Shown: positions 37,626 to 51,379 of the stretch, piece by piece
Numbering within the stretch: position 1 is the first letter of the stretch
How the letters are laid out: each line of letters begins with the position of its first letter
Assembly: GCA_964016885.1 (NCBI GenBank)
Contig: OZ024750.1
Coordinates: 14,198,001 to 14,262,000 of the forward strand
Origin: Eledone cirrhosa
Taxonomy: Eukaryota
DNA: 64,000 nt
Reading direction: 5' to 3'
The notes under the pieces: generated by a model
Told to the model about the DNA's origin: nothing
Databases searched by the model: none
Seen by the model: the letters and a program-made list of their open reading frames with translations, nothing else
Made by a program: the position numbers and the translations under genes

Positions 37626-38710
37626 CGGTCACTTTACACAATAATTTCCTTATTATTATTATTATTATTAACATTAGATAATAAAATGAGCAAAAGAATG
37701 AATCAGATGATAATAGCTAGTGCTTTACATATGATTTTGATTTTGATGACTTGCAAATATCTCACATACTTTCTTTTTGTTTTCAGTATAAAAATGTTAA
37801 AATAATAACCAGCATGTTATTGGTGTGGTTATGAATAAAAGATCTTTTTTTCTATATTACCAACCCATGTATGACAATCACTCCCACAACAATCATTTCC
37901 TTCTCTCTAAGCAGGGTATTCAGTTCAAATGACACTTATCTACAATAGACTAGTATCATATCAGACCATTTCTTGACTACTCCCTCAATGAATTTGTGTC
38001 TAAAATGTCAGACTTTGTCACTCCTCACAGAACAAACTTATTGACACCTACAAACTCATATTTACCTGAAGAATGATTTTTTATTTGAATATCAGTGGAT
38101 GAGTTTTTTCTAGTACTATCTACCACTAATCACAGTCTTTTGTAATCTCTGTTGTGAGGTTCAGCTTCTTTAGGTCAGTTTTCATCACTTCATTCTAGGT
38201 TTTCCTAGGTTTTCTTCTTCCACGGATTCATTTGTGTAAACCAGAATTGTGTGTAAACCAGAATTTGAATCGGAAATGTTAGCCGCGAAACACTATCAAC
38301 ATTGACAGCAAACGCACAGAGAGAATCCCTTATAGTTGATTCCCAACCTGCTAGAAATAGCAGTCAGGTTGGTTGGTGTACCCAGGATGTTTTTCTTCTT
38401 TGATTTTATAAAATTAGTATCAATAAAACTTCTTGGGTATATAACCCTTATTCCATTACTGTACTTACTTTTCGATTGTCACTTTTCATTTTTGTGTGAT
38501 GCGTGAAGGAACCAACCAACCAACCAACATCTCTCTTTTATATTATATTATATATATATATATATATTGTTATGCTTTGGGAGGGTCATGTTGCCAATAA
38601 GAAACACACGCACCAGTTGCTTTCACTCCAATTTATTATAAATTAAATTTATAAATTTATAAATTTCCGGTTGGTTGGTTGGTTCCATAACTGGACGGTT
38701 GTTCATATAT

Positions 38711-38755
38711 TGTCAAAGTTCTTCTGTCACACATTCTGTGACCTCTTCAGTGACT
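38711..38755 (-). ncRNA. Degenerate hammerhead motif (family C) within nested inverted repeats
   Basis: gtca-CTGAAGA-ggtcaca(gaatg)tgtgaca-GAAG-aactt-tgac; stems I and II pair but the core has substitutions. Confidence 0.5.
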
Positions 38756-38898
38756 GGGGATTCTTTTCTTTGTTTTGTGCCTCTCCTTTGTTCTGTCCTA
38801 TGCCATCTTATTGGCAACATGACCCTCCCAAAGCATAACAATATTGGTTTCAACACACGTTTTCAGATAAAGAATCTTGCTAAACAAATTCAGAAATG

Positions 38899-38938
<40 letters not shown>

Positions 38939-39248
38939 GGAAAAAATGAATCAAAATTTCATTTCTCACTCTTAGTACGGCTGTTACTTAAATATAAGTA
39001 TGTATACGTACATACATATATGTATACATATATGTATGTACGTATACATACTTATATATATGTATATATATATATAATATGATATAATATCAAAGAGAGA
39101 TGTTGGTTGGTTGGTTCCATATATTATATATATATGTGTATTTATAGGGTGTCCCCAAAAAATGTATACATATATTTATTAGAATGCTGTTGAAGTATGT
39201 ATACGGTTTTTTGGAACACCCTGTATATATATATAATGATGAAGATGA

Positions 39249-39488
<240 letters not shown>

Positions 39489-42400
39489 TAAACTGTTATT
39501 GCTCCAATAAGTCCACAAATCACTCAGCAAACACCCTAAACCGAATGTTAAAGTAACTCACCTTCCAAATTTAGTAAACTGAATGTGAACCTCCTAGCTT
39601 CCCAAACTCAGGAAACAGAACATGGACTGCCACAGCCATGTAGTTTCTATATAAATAAAGCTAATAAAACTATGATTATCTTTTATTCAAATTCTCAGAA
39701 TTTAAACTACCGCATTTTCTGTGATTAGGCTATAAACACACACATATGACATGCATAAACACACATATTCTGTGATTAGGTTATAAACACACACATGTGA
39801 CCTACAAAAAGCTTTAGGTAGAAATGTTGCAAAGAAACTGAAAGATTTCTAACTATAAATATGGATGGGTATTCAGTGAAGTATTTCTAACTGTAAATAT
39901 GGAAGGCTATACAGTGAAGTATTTCTAACTGTAAATATGGAAGGCTATACAGTGAAGTATTTTATGGATGGCTATACTGTGAAGTATGTCTAAATTTAAA
40001 TATGGATGGCTGTACAGTAAAGTATTTTTCCACATGTCTTAATATTTTCTTCCCACTTCTACTGTGAAGTGTACCAGCATAGTATTTCGCAGTCCACTTA
40101 ATATAGTTAGAAATTAATTAATTTTCTACTGGTAAAGAAAAACTCTTGTAGTAATTAATTGGTGTAAGTTGGCCAGCAGCTCTTAAGAGACAATGTCGCA
40201 GATGGCATTGTTTCTATTGAGTTCTACTTAGATACTTTTCTAGTACTGGCTCTATGTCTTTCAGATTGCATATTTTCATTTTTTATTTTCCATGAGGGCA
40301 TGTGGCTTAGTGGTTAGAGAATTGGATTTGCAATCATGAGGTTGCGAGTTTGATTCCCATATAGGGTGAACAAGACACTTTATTTCGTGTTGCCCTTTCT
40401 GCTGCCAGGAGTTTTGACCAGTAGATAGTATTAGCACTGGAAAGACCAATGGAAACATTGTTTCCTTGCTTCGATTTGATGAATTCCAACCCATTTGGTA
40501 AGCGAAAGAGATGTGAAATCTTGTCGATCAGTAATATATATATATATAAAATAACATTTCTATTTCACAGTAATGACTGGCTTACCATTTAAATCTATTG
40601 TTAGCTATGATCATATATATTACTTACTTGGAGCTAATATACTTTCAATGCAGTCCATTCCTATGCACATTTCCAAGAATAAACCTAATAACCATGGTAT
40701 CATCATCATCATCATCATTATCCTCGTCACTGTTTACCATCTATTTTCCATGTTTGCACGAGTGGCGCCATTACTACCACATTACATAGTAGACTGGGTG
40801 CTTTTGATGATGGCACTATCACTACTTTATAGGATGGACTGGATGATTTTCATTGACACCAGCACTATCATTACAGAGTGGACTGGGTGTATTTTAACAA
40901 GGCGCCTAAAAAATTATGATAATGTAAATCTTGTTTATACAAGGGATTTATGATTTGCACTTGTTTATATCGTAAACTTACTATTTGTTAACCCTTTAGC
41001 ATTTACATTACTCTATATATGCTATTATATTTTCACAGTAAAGGCTTTATCTTACATAATATCGAATCTATGAGATTTTGATATTATTTATTTTGAGAAC
41101 AATACCTTACCGTTGGTATGAGTAGCCAATTACAGCCAGTTTGAGCAGAAAAAGGGGAGAGAATTCGGACTGGATATGGCCAGTTTAAATGCACAACATA
41201 TTCTAGAATGTTCATGTTTTAATTTATGAAATTTTCGAGACTACAAGAAACTGTCAGAATAATCTGGCAGCCTTCAGAATATTCTAGAAACTATCTTAGG
41301 AATGTTTTGGAAATTGATGATGATGATAGTGATGAGGATGGTGGTAATGTTGTTGTTGTTGGTGGTGGTGGTGATGATAGTGTTGATGATGATGATATTG
41401 TATGTTTATTGAGAATTGAGTGTCGTTAATAATGTTTTTCTTTAAACTGCCCATCACTGTCATATTTTAATCTATTCAGACCACAGTTTAATTGTCAAAT
41501 AATTAAATAATTAGTGATTATTAAGAATACATTTTGTATATATTAAAAGCTGTGAAAACATCAGTGGTATACTGGTGGGTAATGGATGAAAACATACTGA
41601 ATATCATACAGCAAACATTGTTTTATAAATGAAATACTGAATCTTTGAAAGACAGTATGTTTATATAAACAGCAGAAAGTGTTTAACCCTCTAGCATTTA
41701 AACCGGCTGTATCTGACCAGAATTCTCTCACCTCTTTCTGTTTAAACCGGCCATAATTGGTCACTCATATTCATGTTAAGGTACTGTTCTCAAAATAAAT
41801 AATATCAAAATCTCATAGATTCGATATTATGTGAGCCTATTATGTAAGCCTTTACCATGAAAATACAATAGTATATATATAGAGTAATGTAAATGCTAAA
41901 TGGTTAATTCATCAAAATATTGTAGATGAGTATTTTTAGCATAACCTAAATATATGCCACTAGTATAGACATGTCAAGGTCAGTATGATGAATATAAAGC
42001 TTTCTTGCTCATTTTGTTTATTATTGTGTGTATTACGTAAAAATAACATTAAGATTGACTTACGTCAAAGAAGTGGATAATCTTTTACTGTTTATTCAGT
42101 TCTGTATATGATGCATATGATGTATAAATATGCAAGTACTACAAGTAAAAAGGTTATATTGTCTGAAAAACAATGAATATTGTTGCTGAATAGTAGCCAG
42201 ATGCATTAGCTCTATGTAATAATATCTCTGCAAATTAGCTGATTGCAGTTTTGTTAAGATGTTACCAAGAGTTAGTGAAGGCACGTGGCTTAGTGGTAAG
42301 GGAATTGGATTTGCTGTTGTGATGTTGCAAGTTCGATTCCCGGATTGGGTGATGTGTTATGTTTTTGAGCAAGAGACTTTAATTCATATTGCTCTTTCTG

Positions 42401-43400
42401 CCAGAAGTTGCAACTGGTAAATCGTATCAGCAATGGAAAGACCAATGGAAACATCGTTTCTTTGGTCCGATTAAGGGAATTGGATTTGCTGTTGTGAGGT
42501 TGTGAGTTTGATTCCCAGATTGGGCGATGTTATGTCTTTGAGCAAGACACTTTATTTCATGTTGTTCTTTCTGCCAGAAGTTGCAACCGTTAGATAGTAT
42601 CAGCAATGGAAACAATGTTTCTTTGGTCTGATTTGACAAATTCCACTCCAGTCTGTAAGCAAATAGTGTCTGGGATCTTGTTGATTGTTTAAAAAGATAT
42701 CACTGATGTTGAGATATCACTGATGTTGAGGTTTTGCTACACATCTTCCATGATCAAGAAGACCTATTATCAAAGACATTCTAGATGTGACCATCCAGGA
42801 TATTATATATATTATCCTGTGTTCCTTTTTTAAGATGGTAGGGTGAGATTTAGGGGAGATTTATCTATAAATGCTATCAGCTCAAGTGAACGTATGAAGA
42901 CTCCCTTGTTGGTTTAATAGCACTGTAATTGAGTGGCAGGATGGAGGGGTCTTCACATCAAATCTTTTCTTGGATTTGGATTATAGTGGGAATATGATGT
43001 ATGTTGAAGTTTAAAAGAAACTCAATTCCTCAATTGATGGTCTCATCATAAGTGAAGCAATCACCAGGGTTGTTTGTCAGTTTCAAATATTAATACCTAA
43101 TGTCAAACAGTAATGATATCTTTGCCAAGATTTGTGCAAGTATCTTCAAGCTGTATTGATTCCTGAGCAAGATGAAACTTGTGTTGTAGCTTTCATTGAT
43201 TTGGAGAAGATCTTTGATTAAGTACAACAATCTTTAAAACTAGGTGTAGTTGAATATCATGTGAGAGCATGTGCAAGCCAGGTACAGAGATGCTGCCAGC
43301 AAATTGTGAGTAGTCAATGAGTTTAGTGAGGAGCTCAGTGTGTAGATTGGTGTTCATCAAGGCTTCATCATTAGCCCACTCCTGTTTATAGTTCTCTAGG

Positions 43401-43640
43401 CAAGGTATGCCAAACATACGGCCCGCGGGTTGCATGCAGCCCTTTACAAGCACACCTGCAGCCCGCACAAAGGTTTTTACAGCACAAGCATGCTTTATTT
43501 TCATAATATAAAATTAAAAAAATTTGTTGTAATGTGCGCAATTAGTTGTCATGTGTGGCCCTCAGACAACACATGTGGCCCTCAGACAACACATATGTGA
43601 CCCATGTGGCCCTTGGAGGACTCTCAGTTTGGCATGCCAG
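43401..43640. mobile_element. hAT-like MITE inserted in an RTE RT fragment
   Basis: caaggtatgccaaac / gtttggcatgccag termini with duplicated ctctagg flanks; surrounding sequence reads GVHQG..SPLLF-like. Confidence 0.65.
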
Positions 43641-44684
43641 CTCTAGGCCATAGCTGGCTATGGGAACCCCTCTATGCTTGCAAATAGCTGAATCTATGGA
43701 AGAGTTACATAATACAAAACATAAATATGTAATGAAGCTGAATCTGACAAAGAAATTGACTAACTTAACCCTTTTATGACCATATTTCTAATGAAATACA
43801 TCCTATTTCAGTTAATTAATGAAGAATTTTGAGGGGTTTACTAAAATTATTAATTAATTCATGACTAGGGCGGTGGATTGGCAGTATCGGTAGAGAGTCG
43901 GACACCATGCTTTGAAGCATAGAGTTACGTCCCTTTATGATCTGAGTTCAAATCCCGCCGAGGTTAACTTTGCCTTTCATCCTTACGGGGTCGACAAAAT
44001 AAAGTACCAGTAATGTACTGGGTAATTGCTGGCCTTGTGCCTAAAATAGAAACAATTAATTAATTCATGACTAAGATAGTAACTTAATTTTATAGTTCTG
44101 ATATAAAATTATGTTGGAAGATTTTAATTTAAATTGGAAACCTTTAAAATGGGTGGCTTTATTTCATAGAACCAGGGCCGGTTTTGGCTGGATTGGTAAC
44201 AAAAAGATTAAGAGAGCATACTTCAGTTTGACTCATACACTTACACTCGCACACCTGCATCCCCTCTCTCAAGCCATGCAGATATACACATATCAGGATG
44301 AGGAAATGAATATTAAAACATTATTAAAGCAATGTGAAACAAGATGAGAGCTATTATGTTAATGACTTTTAGTATCAGTATTATTGACACAATGGTTTAA
44401 CTTCAGTGTAAAAATATAAAGTAGAGGAGGAAGGGAATGTATAAATAAATAAAGAGCTGAAATCATGATGATCATGATCATCATCATCATCACCACCACC
44501 ACCACTACCACCACCATCATCATCATCATTTTATGTTTATTTTCCATGTTTGCATGGGTTAGATAGGTTGTCACATTGTGAAATTAGAGAGGTTAAATTA
44601 CTAAGTCTTGTTCATACTTTCATTTTGGCATGTCTTTTTTACAGCCGGATGTGTTCTTAATGTGGGTCACTTCACAGAATTTCA

Positions 44685-47600
44685 GCACTTTGCAGTGTGG
44701 GCTTTGTGCTTTTTGACATGACACCAGCACTACTACTTTGCAGTGTGGGCTTTGTGCTTTTTGACATGACACCACCACTACTACTTTGCAGTGTGGGCTG
44801 GGTGCTTTTTGACATGACACCAGCACTACTACTTTACAGTGTGGGCTGGGTGCTTTTTGACATGACACCAGCACTACTACTTTACAGTGTGGGCTGGGTG
44901 CTTTTTGACATGACACCAGCACTACTACTTTGCAGTGTGGGCTGGGTGCTTTTTGACATGACACCAGCACTACTACTTTACAGTGTGGGCTGGGTGCTTT
45001 TTGACATGACACCAGCACTACTACTTTACAGTGTGGGCTGGGTGCTTTTTGACATGACACCAGCACTACTACTTTACAGTGTGGGCTGGGTGCTTTTTGA
45101 CATGACACCAGCACTACTACTTTGCAGTGTGGGCTGGGTGCTTTTTGACATGACACCAGCACTACTACTTTACAGTGTGGGCTGGGTGCTTTTTGACATG
45201 ACACCAGCACTACTACTTTACAGTGTGGGCTGGGTGCTTTTTGACATGACACCAGCACTACTACTTTACAGTGTGGGCTGGGTGCTTTTTGACATGACAC
45301 CAGCACTACTACTTTGCAGTGTGGGCTGGGTGCTTTTTGACATGACACCAGCACTACTACTTTACAGTGTGGGCTGGGTGCTTTTTGACATGACACCAGC
45401 ACTACTACTTTACAGTGTGGGCTGGGTGCTTTTTGACATGACACCAGCACTACTACTTTACAGTGTGGGCTGGGTGCTTTTTGACATGACACCAACACTA
45501 CTACTTTGCAGTGTGGGCTTTGTGCTTTTTGACATGACACCAGCACTACTACTTTACAGTGTGGGCTGGGTGCTTTTTGACATGACACCAGCACTACTAC
45601 TTTACAGTGTGGGCTGGGTGCTTTTTGACATGACACCAGCACTACTACTTTACAGTGTGGGCTGGGTGCTTTTTGACATGACACCAACACTACTACTTTG
45701 CAGTGTGGGCTTTGTGCTTTTTGACATGACACCAGCACTACTACTTTACAGTGTGGGCTGGGTGCTTTTTGACATGACACCAGCACTACTACTTTACAGT
45801 GTGGGCTGGGTGCTTTTTGACATGACACCAGCACTACTACTTTACAGTGTGGGCTGGGTGCTTTTTGACATGACACCAGCACTACTACTTTGCAGTGTGG
45901 GCTTTGTGCTTTTTGACATGACACCAGCACTACTACTTTACAGTGTGGGCTGGGTGCTTTTTGACATGACACCAACACTACTACTTTGCAGTGTGGGCTT
46001 TGTGCTTTTTGACATGACACCAGCACTACTACTTTACAGTGTGGGCTGGGTGCTTTTTTACATGACACCAACACTACTACTTTGCAGTGTGGGCTTTGTG
46101 CTTTTTGACATGACACCAGCACTACTACTTTACAGTGTGGGCTGGGTGCTTTTTGACATGACACCAGCACTACTACTTTGCAGTGTGGGCTTTGTGCTTT
46201 TTGACATGACACCAGCACTACTACTTTACAGTGTGGGCTGGGTGCTTTTTGACATGACACCAGCACTACTACTTTGCAGTGTGGGCTTTGTGCTTTTTGA
46301 CATGACACCAGCACTGCTACTTTACAGTGTGGGCTGGGTGCTTTTTGACATGACACCAACACTACTACTTTGCAGTGTGGGCTTTGTGCTTTTTGACATG
46401 ACACCAGCACTACTACTTTGCAGTGTGGGCTGGGTGCTTTTTGACATGACACCAGCACTACTACTTTGCAGTGTGGGCTTTGTGCTTTTTGACATGACAC
46501 CAGCACTACTACTTTGCAGTGTGGGCTGGGTGCTTTTTAACATGACATCAGCACTACTACTTTGCAGTGTGGGCTTTGTGCTTTTTGACATGACACCAGC
46601 ACTACTACTTTGCAGTGTGGGCTGGGTGCTTTTTAACATGACATCAGCACTACTACTTTACAGTGTGGGCTTTGTGCTTTTTGACATGACACCAGCACTA
46701 CTACTTTGCAGTGTGGGCTTTGTGCTTTTTGACATGACACCAGCACTACTACTTTACAGTGTGGGCTGGGTGCTTTTTGACATGACACCAGCACTACTAC
46801 TTTACAGTGTGGGCTGGGTGCTTTTTGACATGACACCAGCACTACTACTTTACAGTGTGGGCTGGGTGCTTTTTGACATGACACCAACACTACTACTTTG
46901 CAGTGTGGGCTTTGTGCTTTTTGACATGACACCAGCACTACTACTTTACAGTGTGGGCTGGGTGCTTTTTGACATGACACCAGCACTACTACTTTGCAGT
47001 GTGGGCTTTGTGCTTTTTGACATGACACCAGCACTACTACTTTACAGTGTGGGCTTTGTGCTTTTTGACATGACACCAGCACTACTACTTTACAGTGTGG
47101 GCTGGGTGCTTTTTGACATGACACCAACACTACTACTTTGCAGTGTGGGCTTTGTGCTTTTTGACATGACACCAGCACTACTACTTTACAGTGTGGGCTG
47201 GGTGCTTTTTGACATGACACCAACACTACTACTTTGCAGTGTGGGCTGGGTGCTTTTTGACATGACACCAGCACTACTACTTTACAGTGTGGGCTGGGTG
47301 CTTTTTGACATGACACCAACACTACTACTTTGCAGTGTGGGCTGGGTGCTTTTTGACATGACACCAGCACTACTACTTTACAGTGTGGGCTGGGTGCTTT
47401 TTGACATGACACCAACACTACTACTTTACAGTGTGGGCTGGGTGCTTTTTGACATGACACCAACACTACTACTTTGCAGTGTGGGCTTTGTGCTTTTTGA
47501 CATGACACCAGCACTACTACTTTACAGTGTGGGCTGGGTGCTTTTTGACATGACACCAGCACTACTACTTTGCAGTGTGGGCTGGGTGCTTTTTGACATG

Positions 47601-48857
47601 ACACCAGCACTACTACTTTACAGTGTGGGCTGGGTGCTTTTTGACATGACACCAGCACTACTACTTTACAGTGTGGGCTGGGTGCTTTTTGACATGACAC
47701 CAGCACTACTACTTTACAGTGTGGGCTGGGTGCTTTTTGACATGACACCAGCACTACTACTTTACAGTGTGGGCTGGGTGCTTTTTGACATGACACCAAC
47801 ACTACTACTTTGCAGTGTGGGCTTTGTGCTTTTTGACATGACACCAGCACTACTACTTTACAGTGTGGGCTGGGTGCTTTTTGACATGACACCAGCACTA
47901 CTACTTTACAGTGTGGGCTGGGTGCTTTTTGTAATGACACCAGCACTACTACTTTACAGTGTGGGCTGGGTGCTTTTTGACATGACACCAACACTACTAC
48001 TTTGCAGTGTGGGCTTTGTGCTTTTTGACATGACACCAGCACTACTACTTTACAGTGTGGGCTGGGTGCTTTTTGACATGACACCAGCACTACTACTTTG
48101 CAGTGTGGGCTTTGTGCTTTTTGACATGACACCAGCACTACTACTTTACAGTGTGGGCTGGGTGCTTTTTGACATGACACCAACACTACTACTTTGCAGT
48201 GTGGGCTTTGTGCTTTTTGACATGACACCAGCACTACTACTTTACAGTGTGGGCTGGGTGCTTTTTGACATGACACCAACACTACTACTTTGCAGTGTGG
48301 GCTTTGTGCTTTTTGACATGACACCAGCACTACTACTTTACAGTGTGGGCTGGGTGCTTTTTGACATGACACCAACACTACTACTTTGCAGTGTGGGCTT
48401 TGTGCTTTTTGACATGACACCAGCACTACTACTTTACAGTGTGGGCTGGGTGCTTTTTGACATGACACCAGCACTACTACTTTGCAGTGTGGGCTTTGTG
48501 CTTTTTGACATGACACCAGCACTACTACTTTACAGTGTGGGCTGGGTGCTTTTTGACATGACACCAGCACTACTACTTTACAGTGTGGGCTGGGTGCTTT
48601 TTGACATGACACCAGCACTACTACTTTGCAGTGTGGGCTGGGTGCTTTTTGACATGACACCAGCACTACTACTTTACAGTGTGGGCTGGGTGCTTTTTGA
48701 CATGACACCAACACTACTACTTTGCAGTGTGGGCTTTGTGCTTTTTGACATGACACCAGCACTACTACTTTACAGTGTGGGCTGGGTGCTTTTTAACATG
48801 ACACCAGCACTACTACTTTACAGTGTGGGCTGGGTGTTTTTTGACATGACACCAGCA
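44685..48857. repeat. 48-bp minisatellite, ~87 copies, in GALT intron 2
   Basis: Unit tttacagtgtgggctgggtgctttttgacatgacaccagcactactac, highly homogeneous. Confidence 0.97.
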
Positions 48858-49351
48858 ATACATACCAGACATAAATACATACATAATGGCTGCATTTCAG
48901 TTTCGAGAATTGCCATCCTTTAGCCTTTTTCTCATACATGGGTGGCATGAGCATGACATTTTGCCCTGCCAAGCATATGCTGCTTCAAAAGAAAAAAGAA
49001 AATGTTGTGCTCATGCAACAACGCATAAAAGTCATTCAGATCAAGTGATGCCTGTGCTTGAATCTTTTTAAGTGAAGAAAGGACTTACACTGGACTTAGC
49101 CCGCTCTCTGAACAATGGTGACAGGTATTCAAAATGAACAGGTCAACATCATTGGCTGCCATCGAGTCATAGGTTTCACATCAGTTTTCCTTCTCCTAGA
49201 ATAATGTTCTCTCTCTCTCATACACACATACACACACACACACATTTTTTCCACCTTGACCAAATGTGCACCACTTATTTCAAATTATTTTTATGTAATC
49301 GTGTTTATCATTCTCACTAACAACTATTAATCTATTTTTCCATTTATGTAG

Positions 49352-49427
49352 CGAAATCCTGATTATAAAAAAACATTTGTATTCTCAAATGATTTTCCTG
49401 CTTTGTTAGATGAAGGTCCTGAACCAG
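49352..49427 (+). CDS. GALT: GALT coding exon 3
   Basis: AG/GT bounded, 76 nt; RNPDYKKTFVFSNDFPALLDEGPEP. Confidence 0.93.
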
Positions 49428-51206
49428 GTAAGTTAATAATCACAGTGTTGAAGTTTTGTACTAGTCTAGAGTAGTGAACAGGCAAAATTGTTGGAATGTT
49501 TGATGGGATGCCTGCTGGTATCTTGTGAAGGATGGTGGCTTAGTGCTTAGAGAATTGGATTCGTAATTGTGAGGGTGTGAATTCAATTCCTGGACAGGAC
49601 AATGCGTTATGTTCTTGAGCAAGACATTTTATTTCACATTGCTCTTTCTGCCAGGAATTGCAACAACGGAAATATCCATGGAAACATTGTTTCCTTGGTC
49701 CGATTTGACGAGTTCCACCCCACTTGATAAACAAGTGAGGTCTAGGAACTTGTCGATCAATTCCTTTCTGTTCCAGCTCTGTACATTCAGGTTTCAAATA
49801 CTGCCTCCTTTCACCAGAGAAATTGTGACAAGATATGACTGGGGCTCCTACGTTTAAATCACATAGGTGACTTTCGATGTGATGTAACATATCCCAGTGT
49901 CAGTTGTAACTGTGTTATATTAAAAAAATCAACAATCATCATAGATTGACTGTGATGATAGTGATGCTGCTAGTTTCTTCCTTTTTAGGCACAAGGCCTA
50001 AATTTGGAGCAAGGGCAAAGTTGATTAAATCAACTCCAGTACTTGATTGGTATTTTATTTCATCAATCGACACTGGAAGAATGAAAAGCAAAGTTGACCT
50101 TCGTAGAATTTGAACTCAGAATGTCTAGATCTGGAACAAATATGGCAACCACATTTTATCTGACGTTCTACTAATGCTGCTAATTCACCAACCTTTTTTT
50201 CTTTTATGTTGGAACATCTAAGTACCAACTTGGGGGGTGATGACCTGGCTAACCTTTGCTAACAAGGAAAAGAAATGTTAAATTATAGACCACTTGATCT
50301 TTGTGCTGTTAATTCATATGTCAACAAATATTAAGCTGTGGCATGTTTTATGATATTTCCTTATAACTTAATTCCTTTACAAATCTATATCTTGTTTAAC
50401 CCATTCTCAACTGGATTTCATAGAAATCTATAAAAGATGCTTTCCGAAATACGCCAAAACTACACCTGATGTACCCCTTCCATACACATGCACACATGTG
50501 TATATCATGACTCATGCACTGTTCATTTTCCTGACGTTTGTACATTACCCTATGTACTATACATACACTTTTTGATGAGTTGTAGTGCACCTGAGCACTG
50601 TACACAATATTTCATTATTATTATTATTATTATTACTATAAAATTATTATTATTATAAAAGGGCGGTGGATTGGCAGTATCGGTAGAGGGTCTGATGCCA
50701 TGCTTTGATGTATAGAGTTACGGCCCTTGCCATTCTGAGTTCAAATCCCGCCGAGGTTGACTTTGCCTTTCATCCTTGCAGGGTCGATAAAATAAAGTAC
50801 CAGTAATGCACTGGGTAATTGCTGGCCTTGTGCCAAAAGTAGAAACAATTATTATTATTATAAAATGTAATTTATAATGGTTAGATTTTTCTAACTGATT
50901 ACTGCTAAGACTCCTAATATTAATAAATGAGGAAACAAAGTTGGTATATATTTTATTTTAAAAAGCATATATAGAAACTATGTAACTGCTACAGCTTGAT
51001 AATGTCTGTCTTCCCCATTTGGTGGCTGTTGCAGTCCATATTCAGTTTGCTGAGTTTGGGAAGGTCGGCAGTTCATGTTTGGTTTGCCGAATTTTGGAGA
51101 GTGGGTCATGGGTTAGTTTAGCAGGAGTCATGAGTGCAGGTTGGCATTTGGTTTAGGATGTTTGCTCAGCTTTTTGTGGACTGATAGGAACAATAATGGT
51201 TTTAGT

Positions 51207-51379
51207 TACCATATTTCCTGGCGCCGAAGATGCTTTGCCCTCGAGGACGAACCCTAATTTTGACAACCAAAAATTTAAAAAAAAAATAATAAACAACCTT
51301 CGGCCTCCAGAACGCATGGTAGATTTTTGAGACTTATTTTAGGAAAAAAGTAGCGTCTTCAACGCCGGAAAATACGGTA
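51207..51379. mobile_element. Tc1/mariner (pogo-like) MITE
   Basis: TA-ccatatttcctggcgccgaagatgct ... agcgtcttcaacgccggaaaatacgg-TA. Other small TA-flanked TIR elements at ~34992-35196, 39143-39225 and 54010-54091. Confidence 0.7.

Noticed and set aside
40296-40500. tRNA-like sequence with A and B boxes
   Set aside because: No cloverleaf; it is a multi-copy tRNA-derived SINE head (also near 12090-12325, 42279-42660 and 49530-49760).
44697-48923. 1408-aa plus-strand ORF and 628/709-aa Cys/His-rich minus-strand ORFs
   Set aside because: They arise from a 48-bp (16-codon) satellite unit that lacks stops in those frames. It is intronic and SINE-derived, with no non-repeat coding context.
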